A stretch of DNA of 64,000 nt from Octopus bimaculoides. Lineage: Eukaryota. The translations under genes were made by a program, and so were the position numbers. Each line of letters begins with the position of its first letter. The first letter of the stretch is position 1. Below the pieces are notes generated by a model. That model saw only the letters and a list, made by a program, of their open reading frames with translations. It was not told the origin of the DNA and did no database searches. The stretch lies in the NCBI RefSeq assembly GCF_001194135.2, contig NC_068982.1, positions 164,608,636 to 164,672,635 of the forward strand. Reading direction: 5' to 3'. This document shows positions 11,750 through 21,299 of the stretch, piece after piece.

Positions 11750-12118
11750 CTTTTTTTATCTCTTACTTGTTTCAGTCATTGGACTGCGGCCATTTTGAGG
11801 CACTGCCCCTGAAGAATTTTAGCCTGGTACTTATTAACAGAAATGTTTTCAATAAATATTGGTTTCAAAGTTTGGCAGAAGGCCAGGAAATTCGGTGAAG
11901 TGGATAAGTCGATTACATGCATCCCAGTACTCAACTGGTACTTATTTTATCGACCGTGAAAGGATGAAAGGCAAGCAAACTCAGTGAAGTGGATAGGACG
12001 ATTACATGGATCCCAGTACTCAGCTGATGCTTATTTTATCGACCTTGAAAGGATGAAAGGCAAAATCGATCTCAGCGGAATTTGAACTCAGAACCTAAAG
12101 ATAGACGAAATACTGCTG
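11750..12118 (-). mobile_element. Adjacent SINE pieces: family A 3' end (~11750-11835) and family B copy with internal 89-bp tandem duplication
   Basis: ttacttgtttcagtcattggactgcggccat is the reverse complement of the family A tail. The unit gtgaagtggata..cgattacatg.atcccagtactca.ctg.t.cttattttatcgacc.tgaaaggatgaaaggcaa occurs at 11895 and 11984. It is followed by cggaatttgaactcagaac (B box, reverse complement). Confidence 0.8.
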
Positions 12119-13168
12119 CTGAATTGTTAATGTATTTTGATGAGCTAATGAGGTTAGTGTTAGTAACAATGTCAAATGCCATACAAAAGTCCCGTGAGCC
12201 AAACTCACAACTTGTTCTCGGTTGTAGTTGGACTAAAATATGATTATTATATTTCACATTCCTTTCTTTTTATAATTGTTTTGTTTTGGATTCTAGTAAA
12301 TATATATAGATCTTATGGTATCATTATCAATTCCATTATCACTACCCATTTCTTAGGGAAATCAGCAGGTTTTTATGGTGTCCATATTAGCTATATCTAG
12401 AGAAGAGAAATTGAATAATTTGATTAATTTTTATACGGTAACATGAATAGCTTCCTTTCACTTTTTATCGTCAGTTGTATTTCACCGAAGACTTACTATT
12501 ATGTTCACATTGACACTTATGAAGCATTTACAAGGATTTATGAGATAAAAATTGAACTTTAACGAACTTAGGGAGAAAATACAGAGCTGAAGAAGCGAAT
12601 AGTAGTTCGTTGATGTACACGCACTGTTGAACAAATACATAGTAATACTAAGAGCAAATACATAGTAATACTGTAAGAATGGAACTGAAGTTTCTGAGAA
12701 AGACATCATTTGAAAATGCCAAAAGTATCTATGAAATATATTAAACAATGCCAGTTCATACCACATCCGAAGAATATTGAAAATCTGCTACCTGAAGGTC
12801 AGATAGAATAATATATTAAATAATATATCAAGTACTGTATTATAATAATATCCAAATCTACTTCAAATGAAACTGCATTAAAATCATCAACTTCTTTATC
12901 AGCATGGTCGTTTCAGCTGTCCTTAACGGTAGATATAAATGCTTTGTCAGATGTCTACAAGAAGTCATTGAAGAATTTTAACTTTTCTTCCGTGATAATA
13001 AATCGTTGCAGCACTCAGCATTGAATACAGTCTTCTGATTTTCGTAATTCTTATTATTGCTATGTTATTGCCTTATATTTGAAACTTTAAGAATTATTTT
13101 CCAGAAATGTATGGCTTCTACCATCCTGTGCATATTACATCCCGCATGTGAGCACGAAGCCTCCAACA

Positions 13169-13169
<1 letters not shown>

Positions 13170-13200
<31 letters not shown>

Positions 13201-13352
13201 CTTCTTCTTCTTCTTCTTCTTCTTCTCCTCCTCCTCCTCCTTCTCCTTCTTCTTCTTCTTCTTCTTCTTCTTCTTCTTCTTCTTCTTCTTCTTCTTCTTC
13301 TTCTTCTTCTTCTTCTTCTTCTTCTTCTTCTTCTTCTTCTCCTTCTTCTTCA
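13170..13352. repeat. (CTT)n microsatellite with (CCT) interruption
   Basis: Directly visible; source of the poly-L/K/F ORFs. Confidence 0.97.
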
Positions 13353-13897
13353 TCGTCGTCATTGTTGTTAGGTATTTCTTCCCCTCTTCTCCATATACCA
13401 TCTTCTGTCTGCTATTCTAAGTCAATCTTACAATGATTACTCACAGTACATATATTGGTATCTTGTACAACGTATCCGACTATTTACATTGCATTGTCTT
13501 TGTTACATTCTGCCTTCACAATAACTCTATAACCCGAAATAATGTGATATGTCTTTTTTTTTATTAAAGCTTTTTGAAGATTCTGGCATCGCTATGTTTA
13601 TATAAGGCGTCCCAATTAGGACTTTAGCCCAGGGTATTTGCTTTTATATTGGTTAACTTCCTTTTGCAGAACACTGACCAGAATGATTTATTTTGTTATT
13701 TCTTTTCTCAAGATATTTTTTAGTTCCGAATTGAAACCACCATTTATTTTCGAACATAGCTATGCTTGTGCTCATTTACCTATCGTCCTTACTGTAATTA
13801 GCTTCTGGGTACTTATTAATTGATTCCATATATATGTAGCGAGGTGGCTAAATACTTATGTCGATACTTTGTTCTGGCGTTGTCTACCATGATGTTG

Positions 13898-14052
13898 ATG
13901 ATTATAATGATGATGATGCCCCTCCTCCTCCTCCTCCTCCTCCTCCTCATCATCATCATCATCATCATCATCATCGTCATCGTCGTCATCATCATCATCA
14001 TCATCATCATCATCTTCATCATCCTTATCATCATCAACATCATCAACATCGT
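13898..14052. repeat. Compound (GAT)/(CCT)n/(CAT)n microsatellite
   Basis: Directly visible; source of the poly-P/H/I/M ORFs. Confidence 0.97.
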
Positions 14053-15397
14053 CATATTCTCCTCTTCTTTTTCCTTATATTTTTTCTATTATTATATTTG
14101 ATTCTTGCAGTGTGTAGATGCATTTTTGATTCTCTCCTTGGAACAGGAATTACGGAAGCATTAACAAATCGAATTTTATTCATTGAAGTCTTTATATACA
14201 AAAATATATCTTCTAAAGTAAGGGCTACTCTCGATGCTCGAGTAGACAACAAAAAAGTTTACTTACACAGAATACATTTCACGTCCAAAATTCTCACTGC
14301 ATAATTATACTGCACGACAAAGCGCCACAATGTTCAAAGGCACAACACAAAATTACAGTACACAAGTAAAGGTACAAGAAAAGGAAGAAATTGAACACTT
14401 TAATGAAAATGTAATAAAAGAAGATGTTCTAAATATTCACATTGGTAATTTAGAATACATTGATAGTAACAAAAATAACAACACCTACACAGGCTTCAAT
14501 CCTTCGGTCTGGTCACATAGCAACCGAATGAAAACAAACCTCCCATGAATGCAAAATGAATAGATAGAAATTTTGGACCAATCACAGTTCAAGAAAAAAA
14601 AAGAGGAAAAGAAAAAAAGAAATTAGACGGGAAAATTTTGTAAATTCCAGGAGAATTTATTTATTACGGAAGATAATCTAGAAGAGGAAGAGAAAGATTA
14701 TGCTTTATTTCTACTAACGAAAACATGGAAACATTATAAGTTTTCCATCGCATTATGGAGTATCGAGAGAAAGTATCACGATTGGAAAAGAAAAATACGA
14801 TAACACCATTTAAAATGCGTACTTTTAAAAATGATAGCACCATTTAAAGGTGTCTCTTTAAGAATGAAAATGCAGACGAAACAGGTCAAAATGATCAAAT
14901 ACAGATACTTATATATATACATATAAATGTATGAATATACATATATGTATGTGGGTTATATAAATATATACANNNNNNNNNNNNNNNNNNNNNNNNNNNN
15001 NNNNNNNNNNNNNNNNNNNNNNNNNNNNNNNNATATATAATATAATATAATATAATATTAGGATAAAGACTTTATAAGAATTTATCAAGTAGTTAGCATA
15101 ATAAGGAAAAAGCCATAATTTTTTTTCTCCATAAATATATATAATTTAATTTATATAAGGGCATTACTATACAATAATGCCTCACGCTTAGAGGGACTTC
15201 ATAAGTCAAAACTACCAAAATAAGCACATTTTTACCGATCGCGAGGGAATGCAACTTTCAAAGGTAACCTCCTAAAAACTTTTAACTTAACGGTAAACCA
15301 ATGGTTTCATAATTAATGCAGTAATCTGCATATTTTATTCATCAGTACACGTATGGTAACGGTAGAATCGTTCGGGCGTCGGAAAAATGTTTTGTGC

Positions 15398-15399
<2 letters not shown>

Positions 15400-15464
<65 letters not shown>

Positions 15465-15465
15465 T
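15400..15465. repeat. (TAT)n microsatellite
   Basis: Directly visible. Confidence 0.97.
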
Positions 15466-16126
15466 ATTTCCTGGGTTCATTTATATCAAAATCTATTTTG
15501 CATTTAATCTTTTTGCAGCTGGTAAAATATAGTATCCGGGTCAATGTTACAGACTAAACCCTTCCCTTAAAATTTTAGGACTGGTGCATATTAGAAACCC
15601 CAATGATCTTTGCTTAATTTTCTTCTGGTGCCTCGTACCACTCTCGAGTATTGTCGGCGATGTTTTCCAATATTTTCATTTGATGTCTAAAGCCTAATTA
15701 CGCAAATTAGTATACATTAGGGTAAATTAAACTCATAAACAATTTCATGGCTACTGGAATTGTTGATTTATTTTTTTCAGAATGGCATATGTGAATGTTC
15801 GTAGATGGCCGGTAAAATCTATTCATGTTTTTGCTTTACAACACATTATGTTTGAAGTTTAAATCCCCACTGTATCAATTTTGACCTTTTGTTATGATCA
15901 AACAAAGCCTCCTTCGATTATTAATCAACATAAAAGTAAACCCTACATTAGTTGCTTTCTGACAATTTCATAAGTCGATATTAATTGTATTTATCTACTA
16001 TTATTTTGCATAATGGATGGAAGAAATTAGCAGAGTGATAAACTACGTACTTAATAGCACTTGTTAACCTAACTTCTCATTCTTAGAGACCGATTGTTAG
16101 TTATATTTCTGGTGTCAGTTGTGGGA

Positions 16127-16232
16127 TACCTACCTACCTACCTACCTACCTACCTACCTACCTACCTACCTACCACCTACCTACCTACCTACCTACCTAC
16201 CTACCTACCTACCTACCAGCCTACCTATCTAT
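16127..16232. repeat. (CCTA)n tetranucleotide microsatellite
   Basis: Directly visible. Confidence 0.95.
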
Positions 16233-16339
16233 CTATTTATCTATCTCTCTATATATGAGGGTTGGGTGGTTGGGTGGTTGGGCGTATGTTTGTGTAGTGT
16301 GTGTGAGTGTGTATGCGTGTGTTTGTAGTCTCCATAAGA

Positions 16340-16510
16340 GGAAATGTAAACACAAGTAGCTGAATCCTGCTACCACATACATAAGCTTCCATTAGCAACA
16401 CTCTGGTACCATGGCTTGGCCACAGTTTGCAGCAGCTTCACATAGTCATCTCAATTGAGCCAAAGGCCCTCTTCAAAGATGTGGGGATAAATCTCAATGT
16501 GTGTATTCAG
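16340..16510 (-). mobile_element. Tc1/mariner transposase catalytic-domain fragment (DD37D/maT-like)
   Basis: PHIFEEGLWLN*DDYVKLLQTVAKPWYQSVANGSLCMW*QDSATC matches the PHFFxxGLRLNxxxYxxxLxxVVKPWIxxVAxGRPYVWQQDSAPCH segment around the second catalytic Asp. Confidence 0.8.
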
Positions 16511-17249
16511 CCAGAATAAATTCTATATCTCTTCCTGCTAGCTACAGCTTCGTAGTCTCCGTTGCAGCTGTCCATGTAACAACTTACTGCATTTACAGTG
16601 TTACCAACACTCTGAGCAACATTCATGAAGACGGCATTTTGTTACATGTCACAAATCATAATGAGAAAGTTATCAAATACAATTAAACCTTGGGAGAGGC
16701 ATTATGCCGGTAATAAACACACGCACTGGTTCAGTCCTTTATTAATTTATATAGTTTTTTGTTAAATTATTTCATTGCACTCTTGCAATCTCTTCAGTAA
16801 CTTGTCTCTCCACTTCCATAATGCCTCTCCCAAGGTTTAATTGTATTTCTTTCAACACACGTATCCACATCAAGAATCTTGCACACGAAATACACATACG
16901 AAAGTTATCAAAGTTTTTCCAGTATTCAGATGGCTTACATTCCTCCATGTTACATAAGTTTCTCTCAACTACAAATATGATGTCCAGTGCTGTACACTGT
17001 TCACGAATACATGAATTTCTTTCTAAAAAAGGAAACAAAGTTCGTCAAATGTAAGCCAAATACCCTTGTATATATATATATACAGACACACGCATATATA
17101 CATATATATACGCACGCACACACACATGCGCGAGCACACACTCACACACATGCACAGATATATATATATATATATATNNNNNNNNNNAATAAAAGATTTA
17201 TTTCTCAAAGTTCGAAAAGATTCATAGGGTTGTAGATTTTCTAACTTAT

Positions 17250-17525
17250 TTCACAAAGCTTCACAAATGTTCAATAGGCACACTCCTTGTGATAAGACAC
17301 ACGGTAGTGCAGCTCCGGCCAAACAAGCTGTACCATGTCTTGCGAAACATTCTCCGGCACATAAGTGAATTTTTGCTTGATTTCCTCTCGGCTTGTAGGA
17401 ATAGGGGAGATATAGACTAGTCCTATCCCTTCGTCTCTTAGAAACCCCTTCCCCACAAACTGTGAAGTCAGGCGAACGTAATGGCAATTTCAACAGAACA
17501 ACGTCATTACCACTGGCATCCGATC
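17250..17525 (-). mobile_element. IS630-Tc1-mariner transposase C-terminal fragment
   Basis: NDVVLLKLPLRSPDFTVC..GKGFLRD..VYISPIPTSREEIKQKFTYVPENVSQDMVQLVWPELHYRV matches WPPRSPDLTPCDFFLWGxxKDxVY..PLPTxLEELKxxITxAxxxVxxDMLxxVWxELxYR. Confidence 0.85.
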
Positions 17526-17584
17526 CAAACTTTTTAAATATTTCGTTAAAATTTGAGACCACTTGAACCTGAATTGGCTATGTT

Positions 17585-17945
17585 ATTAGACGGCAAAATG
17601 TCTCTTCTAACATTTGTTAATCTGTTTTCATCAAGGTTTGGTCTGCTAGCTGGATTCCGGCTCCTCCAAATTTTGTAAGAGTTTGCGGTGTGTTTCTCTT
17701 GTGTTGGCCTACTTAATGCAAAGTAATAAGTGCATATTACTTCTTTATATACTTCCCGGTTCCATTTAGTTCTTTTACATTTTTGATTATGTGGTTGTTG
17801 TAGTGGTGAACTTTGGGGGCTTAATTTAGGACAAATCCCGTTTAAGTGACCTTCCAGATTCGTATTCGGCGAAGATATTCTGCCACTTGAAAATTTTTCG
17901 CTGTTAGGCTGACAGCCTCCTGAAAGGCGCGCTTCCAGAATAACC
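17585..17945 (-). mobile_element. R4/Dong-clade LINE, N-terminal ORF fragment
   Basis: KRTKWNREVYKEVICTYYFALSRP...YKIWRSRNPASRPNLDENRLTNVRRDIL is typical of the pre-RT N-terminal region of R4/Dong proteins. Confidence 0.75.
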
Positions 17946-18172
17946 ATTGGACAAGCGATTCGGTGAACTGCTTGAAATTTTCTTTTCTTTTTAAGTAAAA
18001 TTAAATTATTATTAAATTTTGATTTAAAAAAAAAATTATTTATTTATTTTATTTTTTATGTATTTTTTAACCACTAATCTTCATACAGGGGCCGCATTTA
18101 CCATCATTAGCAGCAGCACCAGTAGTTGTAGTAGCAGCAGCAATATCACTATCAGCAGCAGCAGCGGCAGTG

Positions 18173-18237
<65 letters not shown>

Positions 18238-18437
18238 TAGTTTTATTTTTATAACGTGCTTTCACTTCACTACCGAGCGCAGCTCTGTGTGCCTTGGGTA
18301 TGTGCTGTGGTTTGCTGTGGTGCTCTTATGTTTACTGTATTGAAAGTTTTTTGCGTAGAATGTGTGCAGTACCCAGTAGTGCAATTTTCTGTATGTTATA
18401 TATATTTGTAAGTCCTGGTGTTTTTGTTATGTATTTT
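18173..18437 (-). mobile_element. R4/Dong LINE 3' end with (TAA)n tail
   Basis: YITKTPGLTNIYNIQKIALLGTAHILRKKLSIQ* (restriction-like endonuclease C-terminus), a 3' UTR, then an (AAT)n tail at 18232-18173. Confidence 0.85.
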
Positions 18438-18745
18438 AATTATTATTATTATTATTATTATTTTGGTTTAGCTCAGGTTTGGACTTATTCCTGGTAGGAT
18501 TTATGTGGATAGGGTATTACTACCTGTAACATTAGGCATCAAAAAGTTTTCTGCTGTCTTTCCAGTAATTGTTACGCTCCTGATAATCCTGCTGTCACTA
18601 TGAGACAAACTTTCTGTAGGAGCTCTGCTGGGAATTCTATTCCAATGTCTTTCAGCTATTTATCTACATCTTTGCTTTCTGTTCTCAAAGCACCAATTAT
18701 TATAGGTATGACCTTTACCGTTCTTATTTCAAATTTTAAAAGATT
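18438..18745 (-). mobile_element. Second R4/Dong LINE 3' end with (TAA)n tail
   Basis: IRTVKVIPIIIGALRTESKDVDK*LKDIGIEFPAELLQKVCL (cf. KVIPVVIGALG..LQKxxLLGTARI). Its 3' UTR differs from that of the neighbour. Tail at 18438-18461. Confidence 0.8.
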
Positions 18746-18749
18746 GTAT

Positions 18750-18886
18750 TTCTTTGTTTTTGTTATTATTATTATTGCTGCTGTTGTTGTTGTTATTATT
18801 ATTATTGTCATTATTATTATTATTTTTATTATTATTATTGTTATTATTACTATTATCATTATTATTAATATTATTATTATTATTAA

Positions 18887-18940
<54 letters not shown>
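18750..18940. repeat. Degenerate (TAT)/(TGT)n microsatellite
   Basis: Directly visible. Confidence 0.95.
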
Positions 18941-19871
18941 GTTGTTTTTTTTCTTCTTTCTTCAAATTTTCTTCCATTTCTCGCCGAGTGTTTTCCGTAC
19001 ACCTAGGGCAGAGAAACTCGTTGTATGCATTCCCAGTTCACACACGCAAATTCACAGGTAAAACANNNNNNNNNNNNNNNNNNNNNNNNNNNNNNNNNNN
19101 NNNNNNNNNNNNNNNNNNNNNNNNNNNNNNNNNNNNNNNNNNNNNNNNNNNNNNNNNNNNNNNNNNNNNNNNNNNNNNNNNNNNNNNNNNNNNNNNNNNN
19201 NNNNNNNNNNNNNNNNNNNNNNNNNNNNNNNNNNNNNNNNNNNNNNNNNNNNNNNNNNNNNNNNNNNNNNNNNNNNNNNNNNNNNNNNNNNNNNNNNNNN
19301 NNNNNNNNNNNNNNNNNNNNNNNNNNNNNNNNNNNNNNNNNNNNNNNNNNNNNNNNNNNNNNNNNNNNNNNNNNNNNNNNNNNNNNNNNNNNNNNNNNNN
19401 NNNNNNNNNNNNNNNNNNNNNNNNNNNNNNNNNNNNNNNNNNNNNNNNNNNNNNNNNNNNNNNNNNNNNNNNNNNNNNNNNNNNNNNNNNNNNNNNNNNN
19501 NNNNNNNNNNNNNNNNNNNNNNNNNNNNNNNNNNNNNNNNNNNNNNNNNNNNNNNNNNNNNNNNNNNNNNNNNNNNNNNNNNNNNNNNNNNNNNNNNNNN
19601 NNNNNNNNNNNNNNNNNNNNNNNNNNNNNNNNNNNNNNNNNNNNNNNNNNNNNNNNNNNNNNNNNNNNNNNNNNNNNNNNNNNNNNNNNNNNNNNNNNNN
19701 NNNNNNNNNNNNNNNNNNNNNNNNNNNNNNNNNNNNNNNNNNNNNNNNNNNNNNNNNNNNNNNNNNNNNNNNNNNNNNNNNNNNNNNNNNNNNNNNNNNN
19801 NNNNNNNNNNNNNNNNNNNNNNNNNNNNNNNNNNNNNNNNNNNNNNNNNNNNNNNNNNNNNNNNNNNNNNN

Positions 19872-19962
19872 GGTAAGCTCCATTTTTTATCACATTGGCT
19901 TGGTAGTTCCGGGTTAATAAGCTTTGGTCTTGAGCAGCCAATATGAAACCTTCACTCTCTTC

Positions 19963-19965
<3 letters not shown>
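19872..19965 (-). mobile_element. R4/Dong LINE fragment (post-RT region)
   Basis: KEESEGFILAAQDQSLLTRNYQANVIKNG (cf. ETEGFIxAAQDQSLxTRNY). Starts directly at the (TAT)n block 19966-20041 and runs into the N gap. Confidence 0.85.
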
Positions 19966-20028
<63 letters not shown>

Positions 20029-20767
20029 CATTGTTATTATTAAGCCTCACAGAACTTCAGAATTTCCTGACGGCTGAAACGCAGGCAAAGTTATGACTGC
20101 AGGTGAGCTGTTGGTAAGTAAACGCTTTACTGATTTTAGATACATGGCTTTGGCATCTGTGATACTGGTAGGCGGTCACTGCTCTCAACTCGCTGCAACT
20201 TCGTGTAAATGAATACTAACTCGCAAATTCAAGAGAGTCAATGCATGACATAATCGATTTGGCTTTGGAGCCATTCTGCTGATCGATGTAAACAATATAG
20301 TCTCTTTAAAAAAAAAAATTAAATCGGGAATAATAGGACAATTTTCAAAACATAATAGGATGTTCATAATAGACACTTCAGGCATGGCGGCGTTCAAGTT
20401 GTCGGCAAACAAACTCGTCTAAGATGTGCACTGGGTTCCGAAACTGCCTGAATGCACTCATCCTTTTCCACACTGGCTTTCACCCTGTTTACTCTCCTCC
20501 TCCTCTTGATATTATTATTTTGTATCCATCTTGCGTATTTTTTATGTGATGCAATCTATTTAAGGCGATAACTAATTCAACGTAATAAAGTACAGTTAGA
20601 TGAAGAACCATGTATAGTTACGACTGTGCTTAGATAAACGCTCTACGTCATTAATAACACCACCAACAAATTCCCAATCGATATACTGAATATCAGTGAC
20701 TTGGTTGCAATGATCTTTCTGCTACTGGAATAACGAAAGCTCTTTTGGACGCTAACATTCCTTTGAA

Positions 20768-20922
20768 AGGAGTGGTTGTGTGGTAAGTAGCTTGCTTACC
20801 AATCACGTGGTTACGGGTTCAGTCCCACTGCGTGGCACCTTGGGCGAGTGTCTTATACTATAGCCTCAGGCCGACCTAAGCCTTGTGAGTGGATTTGGTA
20901 GACGGAAACTGAAAGAAGCCCA

Positions 20923-20971
<49 letters not shown>

Positions 20972-21207
20972 AGTATGTGTGTGGTTGTGGTTGTGTATGT
21001 GTCTGTCTGTGTTTGTTCCCCCAACATCGCATGACAACAGATGCTGGTGTGTCTACGTCCCCGTAACTTAGCGGTTCGGCAAAAGAGATAAGTACTAGGC
21101 TTACTAAGAATAAGTCCTGGGGTTGATTTGCTCGACTGAAGGCGGTGATTCAGCAGGACCGCAGTCAAAGGATTGAAACAAATAAAAGAATAAAAGAATA
21201 AAAGAAT
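20768..21207 (+). mobile_element. Full-length tRNA-derived SINE family A with internal (TA)n/(TG)n microsatellite
   Basis: A-box-like tggttgtgtggtaag, B-box-like gggttcagtccc, body, internal (TA)n-(TG)n at ~20925-21010, 3' body, and a (AATAAAAG)n tail. Confidence 0.9.
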
Positions 21208-21299
21208 CTCCGTGAAATTTGAGGCAGGACGCTTACCTTGTATGATGTGTAGTCATAGAAAATCTAAAAGAATCTAAAGAAATGAATTATTAAGGTGTT

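Noticed and set aside
12632-12672. 18-bp direct repeat caaatacatagtaatact (period 23) and similar short local repeats (~25240, ~55770, ~1892)
   Set aside because: Ordinary slippage duplications with no further structure.
13057-14304. Poly-L/K/F/P/H/I/M ORFs
   Set aside because: They are translations of (CTT)n, (CCT)n and (CAT)n microsatellites.
16772-17038. 88-aa minus ORF (..CKPSEYWKNFDNFRMCI..) faintly like a pogo/Tigger transposase C-terminus
   Set aside because: Similarity is too weak to call, and no catalytic motif was seen.
18754-20031. Long ORFs of 281-387 aa (likewise at 27265-28404, 29297-30490, 49460-50493, 58377-59079, 59997-60881)
   Set aside because: They are open only because they cross N gaps.
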